Origin: a virus
IMG/VR virus record: IMGVR_UViG_3300026334_000001
Location: 26,053-90,052 of that record
Direction: 5' to 3' (one strand)
DNA length: 64,000 nt
The position numbers were made by a program, and so were the translations under genes. How positions within the stretch are numbered: the stretch's first letter is position 1; every line of letters begins with the position of its first letter. Below the pieces are notes generated by a model. It saw only the letters and a list, made by a program, of their open reading frames with translations, made no database searches and was not told the DNA's origin. Of the stretch, positions 1 through 11,300 are shown one piece after another.

Positions 1-453
1 TCTGGTTTAGCTAAAGCTAACATTCAACAAGCTTTTAGAACGGCTCAAAAAGGATTAACTTCTACATCATCGGGTGGTACAGCAGCTAATCTTGGAGCAG
101 CATATGCTAAAACACTAGATGCTCTTAATCAAGCTCAACAAGCAGAGAATGTAAGAAGAGATCAGTATAGAGGAGAATTTGCTCAAAGAATGGGTGCTAC
201 TCAAGCAGCTAATGTAGCTATAACTAATCAAGCATTAGATCAAGAACTCGCATTAAAAAATAGAAAATATGCAGAATTACCAGTAGCAGCAAGAAATGCA
301 CTTCTTCAAGGTATAATGGGTAATGTTGCAGTTAAACAACAGAAGGAATTAGACAAGACGAAGATGGCTTTGTCTGGTTATCTATATGATCAAGGAACAG
401 GAGTAATGGGAAGATTACCTGCTGATCTTAAAAAACGTTTGGGTATAATATAA
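1..453 (+). CDS. Virion cargo/ejection protein, C-terminal part (5'-partial)
   Basis: Frame 1 is open from base 1 (SGLAKANIQQAF...) through the ATG at 190 to TAA at 453. Ala/Gln-rich, and lies directly upstream of the RNAP-region cargo genes. Confidence 0.6.
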   Translation, partial: SGLAKANIQQAFRTAQKGLTSTSSGGTAANLGAAYAKTLDALNQAQQAENVRRDQYRGEFAQRMGATQAANVAITNQALDQELALKNRKYAELPVAARNALLQGIMGNVAVKQQKELDKTKMALSGYLYDQGTGVMGRLPADLKKRLGII

Positions 454-496
454 ATATTATTTATATTTAGGAGATTTATTATTAAGATATAATCTC

Positions 497-2359
497 ATGC
501 CCGAATATAATACTAACTTACAATTTCAACCATACGTAACTCCTTATGCTGGCGCGCCAACTAAGGAGTTTGACGTTTTGGGGCAAACTCTATCTAATAG
601 ATACGAAGAGAATCTAGCTAAGATGGATGAATTAGATATGTATGTGAATAAGATGCAAACTCTAGCAGGAGATCAACCTTTGAAGCAACAATTAATATCT
701 GATACAAGAGGTATTGTTTCTGATATTAGAAAAGCAGGTAATTGGGAAAATGCACGTAATCAAGTAAGAGAAGTTGCTAGACGTATTGGTGGAGATGCTG
801 TTCTTGGAAAAGCCCAAGAGAATTACAAGAAAGCACAAGAGATGCAAGATATAATGGCTAAGATGAAAGTTCAAGGTCAAACACCTCTTGTATTTGGTGA
901 TGTATCTAATTTTACTACTGTTGATCCATCTACAGGACAAGTAAGAGATTTTACTCCAGATGTACAAAAGCAATTGGATTACGATACTAGAAGAAAAACA
1001 TACTTCGATCAAATGGAAGCTGATGCTCAAGCAGCACAAGGTGGAGGGTATAGACAAAATCCACAAACAGGAGTATGGGAACAAGTATCTAGTGGTCAAA
1101 GTGTAAAAGGAATCTTTGAACCTAAGATCAGAGCGCAAGCAGCTAGAAGTATTGGTAATTACTTAACTACTGATGAAGGTCAACAAGAATTTAGAGTGCT
1201 TACAGAGAAACATGGTTTTACTCCACAACAAGCTAAAAATGAACTACAACAGAGATTGTATAATACTGGAATGGAGAAAGTATTTAAGCAAGTATCTAGA
1301 GAGCAACAAGCACAAATGGTTCCTGGTCAAATGGGAGCTGGAGCAGGGGCAGGATATAGTCCTTTCGATCAAACTGTAACAGTTAAGACAGAAGTAACTC
1401 CAGAGGGCAAAGCAAAAGAATTCAGAAATACTATTAGTAGTGCATTTGATACTAGTGTTCCAATAGAGCAAAGAAAGAATCAGCAATATGAATTAACTAC
1501 TAAGTTAGAGCATATGGCTAAAACTGGAGATGCAGATGCTAAAAAGTATGCTACTCAATATCTTAGTTTGATTAACGATGTTAAGAATACATATAAAGGA
1601 AAAGCAGATGATGTAATGAACATTATTACTAATGGTAAGATTGATGATGTAATTGCTAATACTCCTGTATTTGGAGAGAAGTTAAATAAATTATATCAAA
1701 ATTTTGCAGGTCTTAAAGGAGAATCAACTAATCATCCATTATTAGGATTTGATACTCATTTTGAGAATCAGTGGGAAGCAGTTAAACCAGATAGGCAAAT
1801 ACCTATGGTTAAACCTGACTTAAGTAAATTAACTTCAGATCAACGTAGTACAGTTAAAGCCGCTGCTACAGATTATAATAAAGAAGATTTTACATTTGTA
1901 AGATCAGATAATCCTAAAGTTAAATCTATGGATGACCTTGAAGGAGATGTTAAAATTAAAGCTGTATCTAGAGGTAAATTGATGAGTGGTTTAGGAACTG
2001 GTTTATTAATAGAAGATAGCAAAGGAAATCAAGTATGGACTACTCCTAAATCTAAAGAAGTAACAAATAGCTTCTTACAACAATGGGGAATGCCAGAACA
2101 GATATATCTTAATGATGTAGCTACAGGAAGTCAAGGATTAAATCAAGCTCTTACAGATTATCAATTAGTAAAAGCAGGTAGAGTTGAACCTAAGATGGCT
2201 CAAGGTGTATTAAAAACAATGTTTGATTATTCGCATATCTTACAACAAGCTATGCCTGATGAACCAGAAGCAAAAAATCTGTATAAAACAGTAGGTAATA
2301 AGAGAGAGATCAATACAGAGAACTTAATGAAACTAGCAGAAAAATATCAATATAAATAA
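497..2359 (+). CDS. Putative virion cargo/ejection protein (620 aa)
   Basis: Helical, Gln-rich ORF immediately upstream of the giant RNAP gene, the position of cargo proteins in crAss-like phages. Function inferred from synteny. Confidence 0.55.
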   Translation: MPEYNTNLQFQPYVTPYAGAPTKEFDVLGQTLSNRYEENLAKMDELDMYVNKMQTLAGDQPLKQQLISDTRGIVSDIRKAGNWENARNQVREVARRIGGDAVLGKAQENYKKAQEMQDIMAKMKVQGQTPLVFGDVSNFTTVDPSTGQVRDFTPDVQKQLDYDTRRKTYFDQMEADAQAAQGGGYRQNPQTGVWEQVSSGQSVKGIFEPKIRAQAARSIGNYLTTDEGQQEFRVLTEKHGFTPQQAKNELQQRLYNTGMEKVFKQVSREQQAQMVPGQMGAGAGAGYSPFDQTVTVKTEVTPEGKAKEFRNTISSAFDTSVPIEQRKNQQYELTTKLEHMAKTGDADAKKYATQYLSLINDVKNTYKGKADDVMNIITNGKIDDVIANTPVFGEKLNKLYQNFAGLKGESTNHPLLGFDTHFENQWEAVKPDRQIPMVKPDLSKLTSDQRSTVKAAATDYNKEDFTFVRSDNPKVKSMDDLEGDVKIKAVSRGKLMSGLGTGLLIEDSKGNQVWTTPKSKEVTNSFLQQWGMPEQIYLNDVATGSQGLNQALTDYQLVKAGRVEPKMAQGVLKTMFDYSHILQQAMPDEPEAKNLYKTVGNKREINTENLMKLAEKYQYK

Positions 2360-2362
2360 GGT

Positions 2363-5300
2363 ATGTCAAAGAAAAGAAGTTTACCACAAGCTCCAATAGA
2401 TTATACTAATCCATCGGATGAAGATATTGCAAGAGGGTTAAAACAATATGGAGTTAGTCCTTACTTAACGCCAGCTCGTCCAGAAAGTGCTATTGAATAT
2501 GGTACAGATGTAAGTCAGTATGGAACTGGACTTATAGGAGAAAAAGGTGGTGAAGGTTTCATAACTGCTCCCGAAGAACAGTTTCAAGATATAGCTGCTC
2601 AAAATCAAGGAGCTGGTTCAATGCTCTTAAGAGGAACAGGTAGATTACTTGGAGGAGCTGCTATGAAAACTCTTGAAGGGTTTTCTTTGTTAGGTTCTGG
2701 AGTACTAGGAGGTATATATGATGCTACTGGATTAGATCAAGCTATTGGTGGTAAAGAAATGACTTGGGATGATTATGTAGATAATCCTGTTAATAATACT
2801 TTATTCAAAGCAGAAGATTGGATGAAGAGTAAAATGCAGATTTATAAACCAAGTGATTGGAATAGTAAGTCTTTTCTAGAACAAGTTTCTTCTGGTGCTT
2901 GGTGGGCAGATGAAGGATCAGATGCAGCTGCATTTGCTCTATCTACATTACTTCCAGCTGGATTATTAGGAGATGCTGGTATAGGTGCTAAAATGATGGG
3001 AACTGTTGGAGAAGGTGCTGGTATGATTGATGAAGCAGGACAAGTACTTAATTCTGGAACTAAAGTAGCTAAAGCTCTTAATGGTGGAGCTAAAGCTTTA
3101 AATAAAGTATCACAAGCATTAAATTTTGGTGAAGTTGGAATGCTTAACTTACCAAAGACAGCAGGAACAATAGATAACTTAGTTACTAATGCATTGATGA
3201 CTACATCAGAAGCTTTATTTGAAGCTAGAGATACTGGTCAACAAATGAAGCAGGAAGTAGTTAAGAAGTGGAATGAAACATATCCAAATCAGAAAGTTAG
3301 TGACTTTGAAGAACTACCAGATCAAGTTAAGCAAACAGAGAAAGAAAAGATGTCTGGTAATCAGAGAGATACTTTCTTAGCTAACTTAGCAGCTCTATCA
3401 TTTACTAATAAGTTTGAAACAGCATTATTAAATAAGTTTGGTTCTCAAACTGCTAAAGCAGGTCTTAAAGCTTTGGAGGTATCAGATGAATTACTTACAC
3501 CAGCAGCTAGATTAACTAAGAAAGGAATTTCAGGTTTCTTTGAAAATACAGGTTTAAAATCTGCATTAAAAGAAGCTGCTACTGGAGCATTTATGGAAGG
3601 TATCTTAGAAGAAAATATTCAAAGTGCTATTCAAAATGTAAGTCAACATTATAGTGGTAATGGAAAAGATAACTGGTTTTTAGATGCTTTAGATTATACA
3701 GGTGATGTTGTTAAAGGATCATTTGATAATTTATCAGATCAAGAAGCATGGAAGTCTATTGGTTCTGGTATGGTTATTGGTGCATTAAGTGGTGTAATAG
3801 GTGGATTTAAAGAACACAGACAAGAAGTAAAAGATGCTAATCATGTTGCAGGTAGATTAAATGAAGCTACTAATAACTTCTTAAATGTAGGAAATGCTTT
3901 ATACGAAAGAATTCCAGTTATTGATGAACAAGGTAATCCAACAGGAGCTACCAAAATTAAATTAGATCAAGAAGGAAATCCATTATATAATAATGAAGCT
4001 CTTAATAGATTCATGGCTAATCAAGCTATGGTTTCTTCATTAGAATCAATTGCAGATCTTTATCAATCTACAGGAAATGAGGAGATAGCAAGTTACGTTA
4101 AGAATGAAGCTTTCTCTAAATGGGCGCAAGCACATTTAGAATCTGGATTAGGAGAAGAAATGTATGCCAAGTTAAAGAAACTTGGAACAATGAAAGATAC
4201 GGATCTTCTACAATCTAATATACCAATTACTACTGTACAAGGAGAAAAGGTATCTTCACAAGCAATAGCTAATCAATATATAGCTAAAGCTAAGGAGTTA
4301 GAAGCAGATTATAGACAAATATCTAAAACAATACCAGCTGAACAATCAGGTCGTATTGATAATGCATATCAAACTAAATCTAGATTAAGGGAATTAGGTA
4401 AACTTAAGGATGCTTTAAATTTAAAGCTAGGAGATTATCAGAATAAAATTAGATCTGGTAATGATACAGTTGATCTTATTAATAGAAAGGTAACTCAATT
4501 AGAAGCATCTAAAGCACAATCGGAGTTCTTTGTAAATGCTAGTGGAGAAAATGCACAAGCTTATTTGAGTTCATTAGATAGACTTGAGAAAGAAATAACT
4601 CAATTAAAAGCAGATAATAAGGATATGTTACAGGATCAAGGTCATGATGTAACTCCAGGTATTGAACCTATTCCTTATCAAACAGCTGGAATGTTTAAGT
4701 CTGATTTTCAAGATTACACTAAAACTAATGATAAACTTGCTGCTATTGAAGGTGGTTCAGCAGAATTAATGGATCATTATAATGGTGTTATTGATTATAA
4801 AAATGGCGAAGAGTTTTATAATAACTATCTAAATCAAGGAGTTGCAGGACATAATCTTAAATCTGAACTTGAAAAAGCTGTAACTGAACAACAAGCAGTT
4901 GTAGATAGACAAGAAGAAGATCAATGGCGAGAGTTTCAAGATAATCTTAAACAAGGAGATTTCTTAGAAACTCCTACTGAACAAGGTTATGTAGCTAAAG
5001 ATGCAGATGGAAATTTAACTTTTAATAATAGAATTATAACTCCAGCAGTTCTTAGAGCATTACAACCAACTAAAGTTAGTGAAGCTGATGTAGCTTTACG
5101 TAAACAAGAAGCTTTAGATAATACTCGTAGAAATCAAATGCAAGCTAGAGTAACTGGTAATCTTCAAGATATATCAGTACTTAATGATGCTATTAGACGT
5201 GGAGAAGATGGATTATTGAATAATCAAATTGAATTAGAAAAATTAATAAACAAATCAAATGGTAAAGCTAACAGCACTCAAAATCAAATTGCTAAACAAA

Positions 5301-8300
5301 TTGAAGCAGTTAAGGGCACGATAGATGAAATTCAATCTGGATTAGATGTAGCTAATCAAAGAAAGAGTAATCTAGAACAAGAAACTACTAACTACCTCCA
5401 GATGTTAGAATCTGGAGATGTAGTTGGAGTAGCGGAAGTAGAAAGTGAATTAGCAGAAGTTAATAGTCAAATAGAAGAACTTAATCATCAAATCTCCTTA
5501 ATGGAGAAGTTAAAGGATGAAGGCAATAAATTCCTTTCTTTCCTAGAAGATTTATGGAAGAAAGCTTTTCCTAATAAACGTAGACAATTAGAAAAAGGTC
5601 GTCAAGAATATACTGATGTTAAAGAAGAGATTCAATTAAGTAAGCAACAATTAAAACAACTTGATGAAAACATAGCTAATACATCTACTATTTTAACTCA
5701 ACTTAATAATAGATCAACTGTTTTACAGAATGAAATAACTCAATATCAATTAGCAGCAAGAGCATTCTCTCCTGTAATTAATACTAAAACAGAAGAAGGA
5801 GTTCAGAATAAAGCTAATCCAGTAACAGAAGATCAAGAAGGTATTACTTATAATTCAGCTAGAAATCCTGATGTTAGTGGAGCATTTACTTTTAGAACTA
5901 CTGGTTTTCATGGTAACGATAAAACAGGTCTTAATCCAAAAGAATCACAAAGAAGATGGTTTAAATGGGCAGAAAGAACACCTCTCTCGGAATTAAAGAA
6001 TCTAAAATTAAGAGTTGTAACTATTAATGATGAAACTTATGGAACAGGGAAGATTAACGACCTTTTTCGGGACGAACCTATGGAGTACAAGACAGAACAC
6101 GATCTTAAAGTTGTGGTTGTTGACTCAAGGGGAAATGCGATTGACTATATGGGAGGACCAGTTCATACGAATCTCTTATTGCCAAAGGATAATGTAAGTG
6201 ATTATAAATATGGAGATGGTTCATCTATGTTTATTAATAAGACTGGTATGAGTGATGCTGCTATTAAAGAGAAGAATGATACATATAAGAAATTCACTCA
6301 ATCTTTAAAAGATGCCAAAGAACCAGTATATCTAGAGATTACAGGAAAATCTAATGGAGTTAAAGCTAGAGGAGAAAGAACTTCTATTAGAGAAGTTTTT
6401 GGAACTGAAGATATTAATCTTCAAGTTGTAACTAGTGAAACTATTACAACTGCTGATGGTACTTCAATAAGTGCAAGACCTGGAACTGTTATTACTATAG
6501 TTGATGGAAGAGTTACACCATTATTGACTAGAAAATTAAGTTCAGAAGAGGGCAGTAAAGTATTAGATTTACTTAAAGATTATTCTAAATTAAGAGAGAA
6601 TAAAAAAGCTAATGCTAAAGAACTTAAAGATGGATTGAGTCAGTTAAAATCAATTGTCTTCATGGGAGATACAGCAGATCCAGCTACTTCTATGGGATTT
6701 GTGACAGGAGAGAATAATTTTAAGTTTGGAAACGCTCTTATTAGTATTAAGGAATTACAGTCAGGAGAATTCGATCCACAAATTAGAGCTTTCTTAGAAA
6801 ATAAATACCATCAAGTTAGTAATGATTGGTTGAAATCAAAAGCATCATATGAAGATGTATTTGGTAAAAAATGGAATTCTTACAAAGATTATTTAATTGG
6901 AGAAAGAGATAATCCATTAGATGCTCCACTTACTAGTGATTTAGTTCCTGTTACTGATGATATTAATAAACCATCATTCTATAGTACATATGTAACTTTT
7001 GGTACAGATATTAAAAATTCACCTAAAGCTGAAACTAAATCAACTAAAACTAACGTATCTATTCCTGTATCAACTGTTAATGAAGAAATTCAAAATAGAG
7101 ATGAACAAGTAGTTCCAGTTAAGAAAAGTATCTTTAAAAAGAAACAAGCCTCTCCTGTAGTTGAAACTAAATCAACTAATCAAGTAACTGTTATAACTGA
7201 AGATACTTTATTAGAAGAACCATCTTATGAACCAACATTTGAACCTCCTACTGGAACAGTTCAAAAGTTTGCAGATGTTATTAAAGGAAAACCTGTAACT
7301 GAAGTAAAAGCTCCAGAAGCAGAATTAACTGATGATGATATTGAAGCTATGATTGAAGCTTCATTTACTCCTAAGAAGAAAGAAGAAGTTGTAATGGGAG
7401 TTGTTCCTGTAGATCCATCTGATTTATTTTTAGATGCTACAAGAATATCAGAAAATTATGTTAAAGAAGATACAGGTAAAGCACAAGCATGGTTTAAACA
7501 AAATATAGGTGAAAATGTACCATTCCATTTAGTTAATGGTCTAGTTAATCAAAGAGCTTTCGGAATGTTTAGTAAACATGGAGAAGTTCTTATATCTGAT
7601 TTAGCAGTTGAAGGTACAGTATATCATGAATCATTCCATGCAGTTACTCAATTAGCTTTAGGTAAAGATGAACGTAAAGCTTTATATGATAATTATAGAA
7701 AAACTAGAAATGTAGATCTTTCAGATAGAGATGTAGAAGAAGAACTTGCAGAAGAGTTTAGAACTTACATGCTATCTCAAGGAGAATATAAAATACCAGA
7801 GGCTAATTTCTTTAAGAGATTATGGAATGCTATTAAGAAAGTAATTGGTATTCCACAAGATAAAATTGAAGAGCTATATAAAAATATATCTACTGGAAAG
7901 TTTAAAGGTTTAACAGCTAAAGAACTTGATGGTGGTAATATATATTCATCAATATTATCAGATTATTCAGTTTCATTTGCTAAAGAACTGATGGAAGGAA
8001 TGACGACATACTTTATGAGGAATCTATTTAAAAATGGATTCTCTGTAAAGGATATAGTAAAATTTCAAGAAGATACTTTAAGTAAAGATAGTGCAGATAG
8101 AATAGCAGGTACATATAATAATATTCTATCAAATATTGCTTTCATGTGGTCAGATGAAAAACTGGCTGGAATGGATAAAGATACTGCACAAGAGTTTAAA
8201 GATTCAAGAAACTTTGTAACAGCTAACTGGAAAGGTATTGTTCAAGAACATAATACCTATATGCAGAGATTTGGTATCAATATGAGTTTTGAAGATACTA

Positions 8301-11300
8301 TTTATAGTTCTGTTACTGAAGAAGATAGAAATAAAGATACATTAGGTATCATTAATAACTTTGAATTCTCTACTAGAGATGGAATGCCTAATTCAGTTAA
8401 ATTATTATTTGCTGCATTACCTTCATTAGATAAAGATGGTAAAGTGGCAACTAATGCAATTGGATTACATGGTATATCAGATTATACAGCTAATCAAAGA
8501 TTACTACAAAATAAGTTATCTAATGTAAGTGACTTTAAAGAACAAGTTTCTATTATTAAAGATCTAATGAAAGTTAGACCTGAATTCAAGTATTTATTAC
8601 AATATCTTGGAGTACAAGATGATAATGAAACACCATCAACAGCGGGATCAGATATATTTGATCTTCAAATGGCATTTAGACAGCAGTTTGATAAAGCTAA
8701 ATACAGTCCACAAATTATCATTTATGATGAAGGAACTATTAAAACTGTAGATGCTGATGATGATCGTATTGTAAATGCTATATCTACTGAATGGCAGAAT
8801 AATTTGAAAGCTAAATTATCTACTGCTAATATACCATCAATTCAAACTAATGATTTAGGACAATTGGTATATAATGCAGATTATCTAGTTAATAAGTATT
8901 TCAAACCGTCTACAGTTAAAAAAGGGAGATTAGTACTTAAAGATGCTGGAAAAGAATCCCTCCTTTCTTTCTATAAGGATTTAGGTATTGAATTTTCAGA
9001 TAAAGATAATATTGATTATGGTAAGTTAGCAGATAAATCTTACTTCATAATGAATTCAATTCAATCGCATCCAGAAGAATTGAATTTATTTGCTAAACCA
9101 CATAACTTAAGAGGTGACTTGGCATCACTTCTAGAAGAAGAGGTGAAGTCTAGAGATGATCTTTCTGACAATCAACATATTAATCCTGAAGGAAAGACAG
9201 TTTATAGTATTAGTTTAAATAACTATCTTTCACAAACAGTAAATGTATTAAATAGAGTTATTCCAGATCATCTTAAATGGAATGAGAAAGATAGAATTGG
9301 TAATCCATTTGTAAGGAATTCTCAATGGGGAAAGAAATTTGCAGCTGGAAATAAGATGAAATTAGTAATGTTAGAAGGTGCTGGTATTGCTGAGGCTGGA
9401 ACAGATGCTAAAATGGCTGATGATCTTACTAGAGGTGATACTGGATCAGTACAGTTTCAGAAAGTGTTAGATGGAGTTTATCCCCTTCTACAACCAGGAG
9501 ATAAGAAACTTGCATATGGATTTAGCTTTGGAGAAGAGATATCTCCTAAAATGAAGTATGAAGAAATGGTATCTCAATTAAAAGGGTATCTATCTGATGA
9601 GTTATTATCATCATGGATGTTGAATGTAGAAGGTATTGGAGCTGATGTTAAGAACTATAAATCATTAGGAAAAGATCTTCGTTCATTTAAAGGAGCTATT
9701 ACTGGTTATGAACAATTAATTAAAAAGAAAGTATCTAGACAAACTATACTTAATCATATTGAGAATTTTGTAAATAGTGATGAAGTTACTAAACAAGTAG
9801 AAAAATGGTTTGATAATAAAGTTGATAAAAATATAGAAGAACTAAAAAATTATCAAACTATTAAAGAATCTAAATTAGGGGTATTTACATTATTAGGTAT
9901 TAGTGAAGAAACTGCTGAAAAATATGCAGGTAAGAAAAACAATCTTTCTACACAAGAGATGAAAGATTTAGTTAAGTTTTTTACTTATGGTTCATTGCAT
10001 GGTAATATAGAACAAACTAAATTATTTACAGGAGATACAGCATTCTATGAATTTACATCTAAGAAAGTTGACTTCTTTAAACGTGTATCTGGTTTAATTG
10101 GTACTGGTAAAACAGCAGCTATAGGAGAACAAATTAATAATTGGTTTAATACTAATTTTAAACAACAATATATAGATAGAGATGGTAAAATAGTTGATGG
10201 TAAAGTTAGTGATGGTAAGATTAATACTGTAGTTTTTAATGATGTTAAAATAGCAGCAGAAAACTATAATGGTTTATTATCTACTATGGATTCATTAGGA
10301 TATGATAAAGAATATTCTAGAGGATTAATGAAAGCTTATTCTGAATCAGCTGATGAAGCAGATGCTCAAGGTTATATTACAATGCCAGAATATAGAGAAT
10401 TCCTTAAAAGAACTGGAGATTGGAAAGATAGTCATGAAGTTGCTTATCAAAAAATGTTGAAAGGAGATAGATTAACTAAAGAAGATATATATAGATTCCC
10501 ACCATTAAAGCCACAGTATTTTGGTAATCAACAATATGGAGAATTATATGTACCTACATTCTATAAATTTTCAGTAATGCCATTAATACCTCAAGTTATT
10601 AGTGATATTAAAGCTAATGGATTGAAAGATCTAATGGATCAAATGCATGAACAACAAATAGGTATTGCTACATTTACTTCTGGTAATAAAGTAGGAGTTG
10701 TAAATACACATGACTTCTATGATGAAAATGGAAACGTTAAACAACAAACTTATACTCCTCAAGTTGTAGGATATGAAGGAATGAAAATTCAGTTAGATAT
10801 TTCTCCAGAAGTTAAAGATAAAGTTACATTTGGTACTCAATTCCGTAAGTTGGTATTAATGAATCTAAAAGGAAATTCATTAACAATTGATGGAAAGAAA
10901 GTAGATGGTAATGAGCTAATCAAAAAATATAGCGGTCTTATTGATAAGTTAATACAGATTGATACTGAAAATTTAACTAAGAAATTAGGTATTGAGAAAA
11001 AAGGAGATAAATATAAGATCAATAATGTTAAGTATCTTAAAGAAACTCTTGTAGAAGAATCGGTAAGAAGGGGAGTTGCTTCTAATCTAATTGAAGGAAT
11101 TGAACAAGTATTTGATGCTGATAAACCATACATGGACTTATTAGTAACCAGAAACAAAATGGAGAATATCTTAATGTCAATGGTCAATAATAACTTGATC
11201 AAACAGAAGATGTTCGGGGATATGAAAGTTCAAGGAGCTTCAACAGGATTTGAGCAAACAGCAAGAAAGCAAAGTTCTGTTAATGATCAAGCATGGGCAT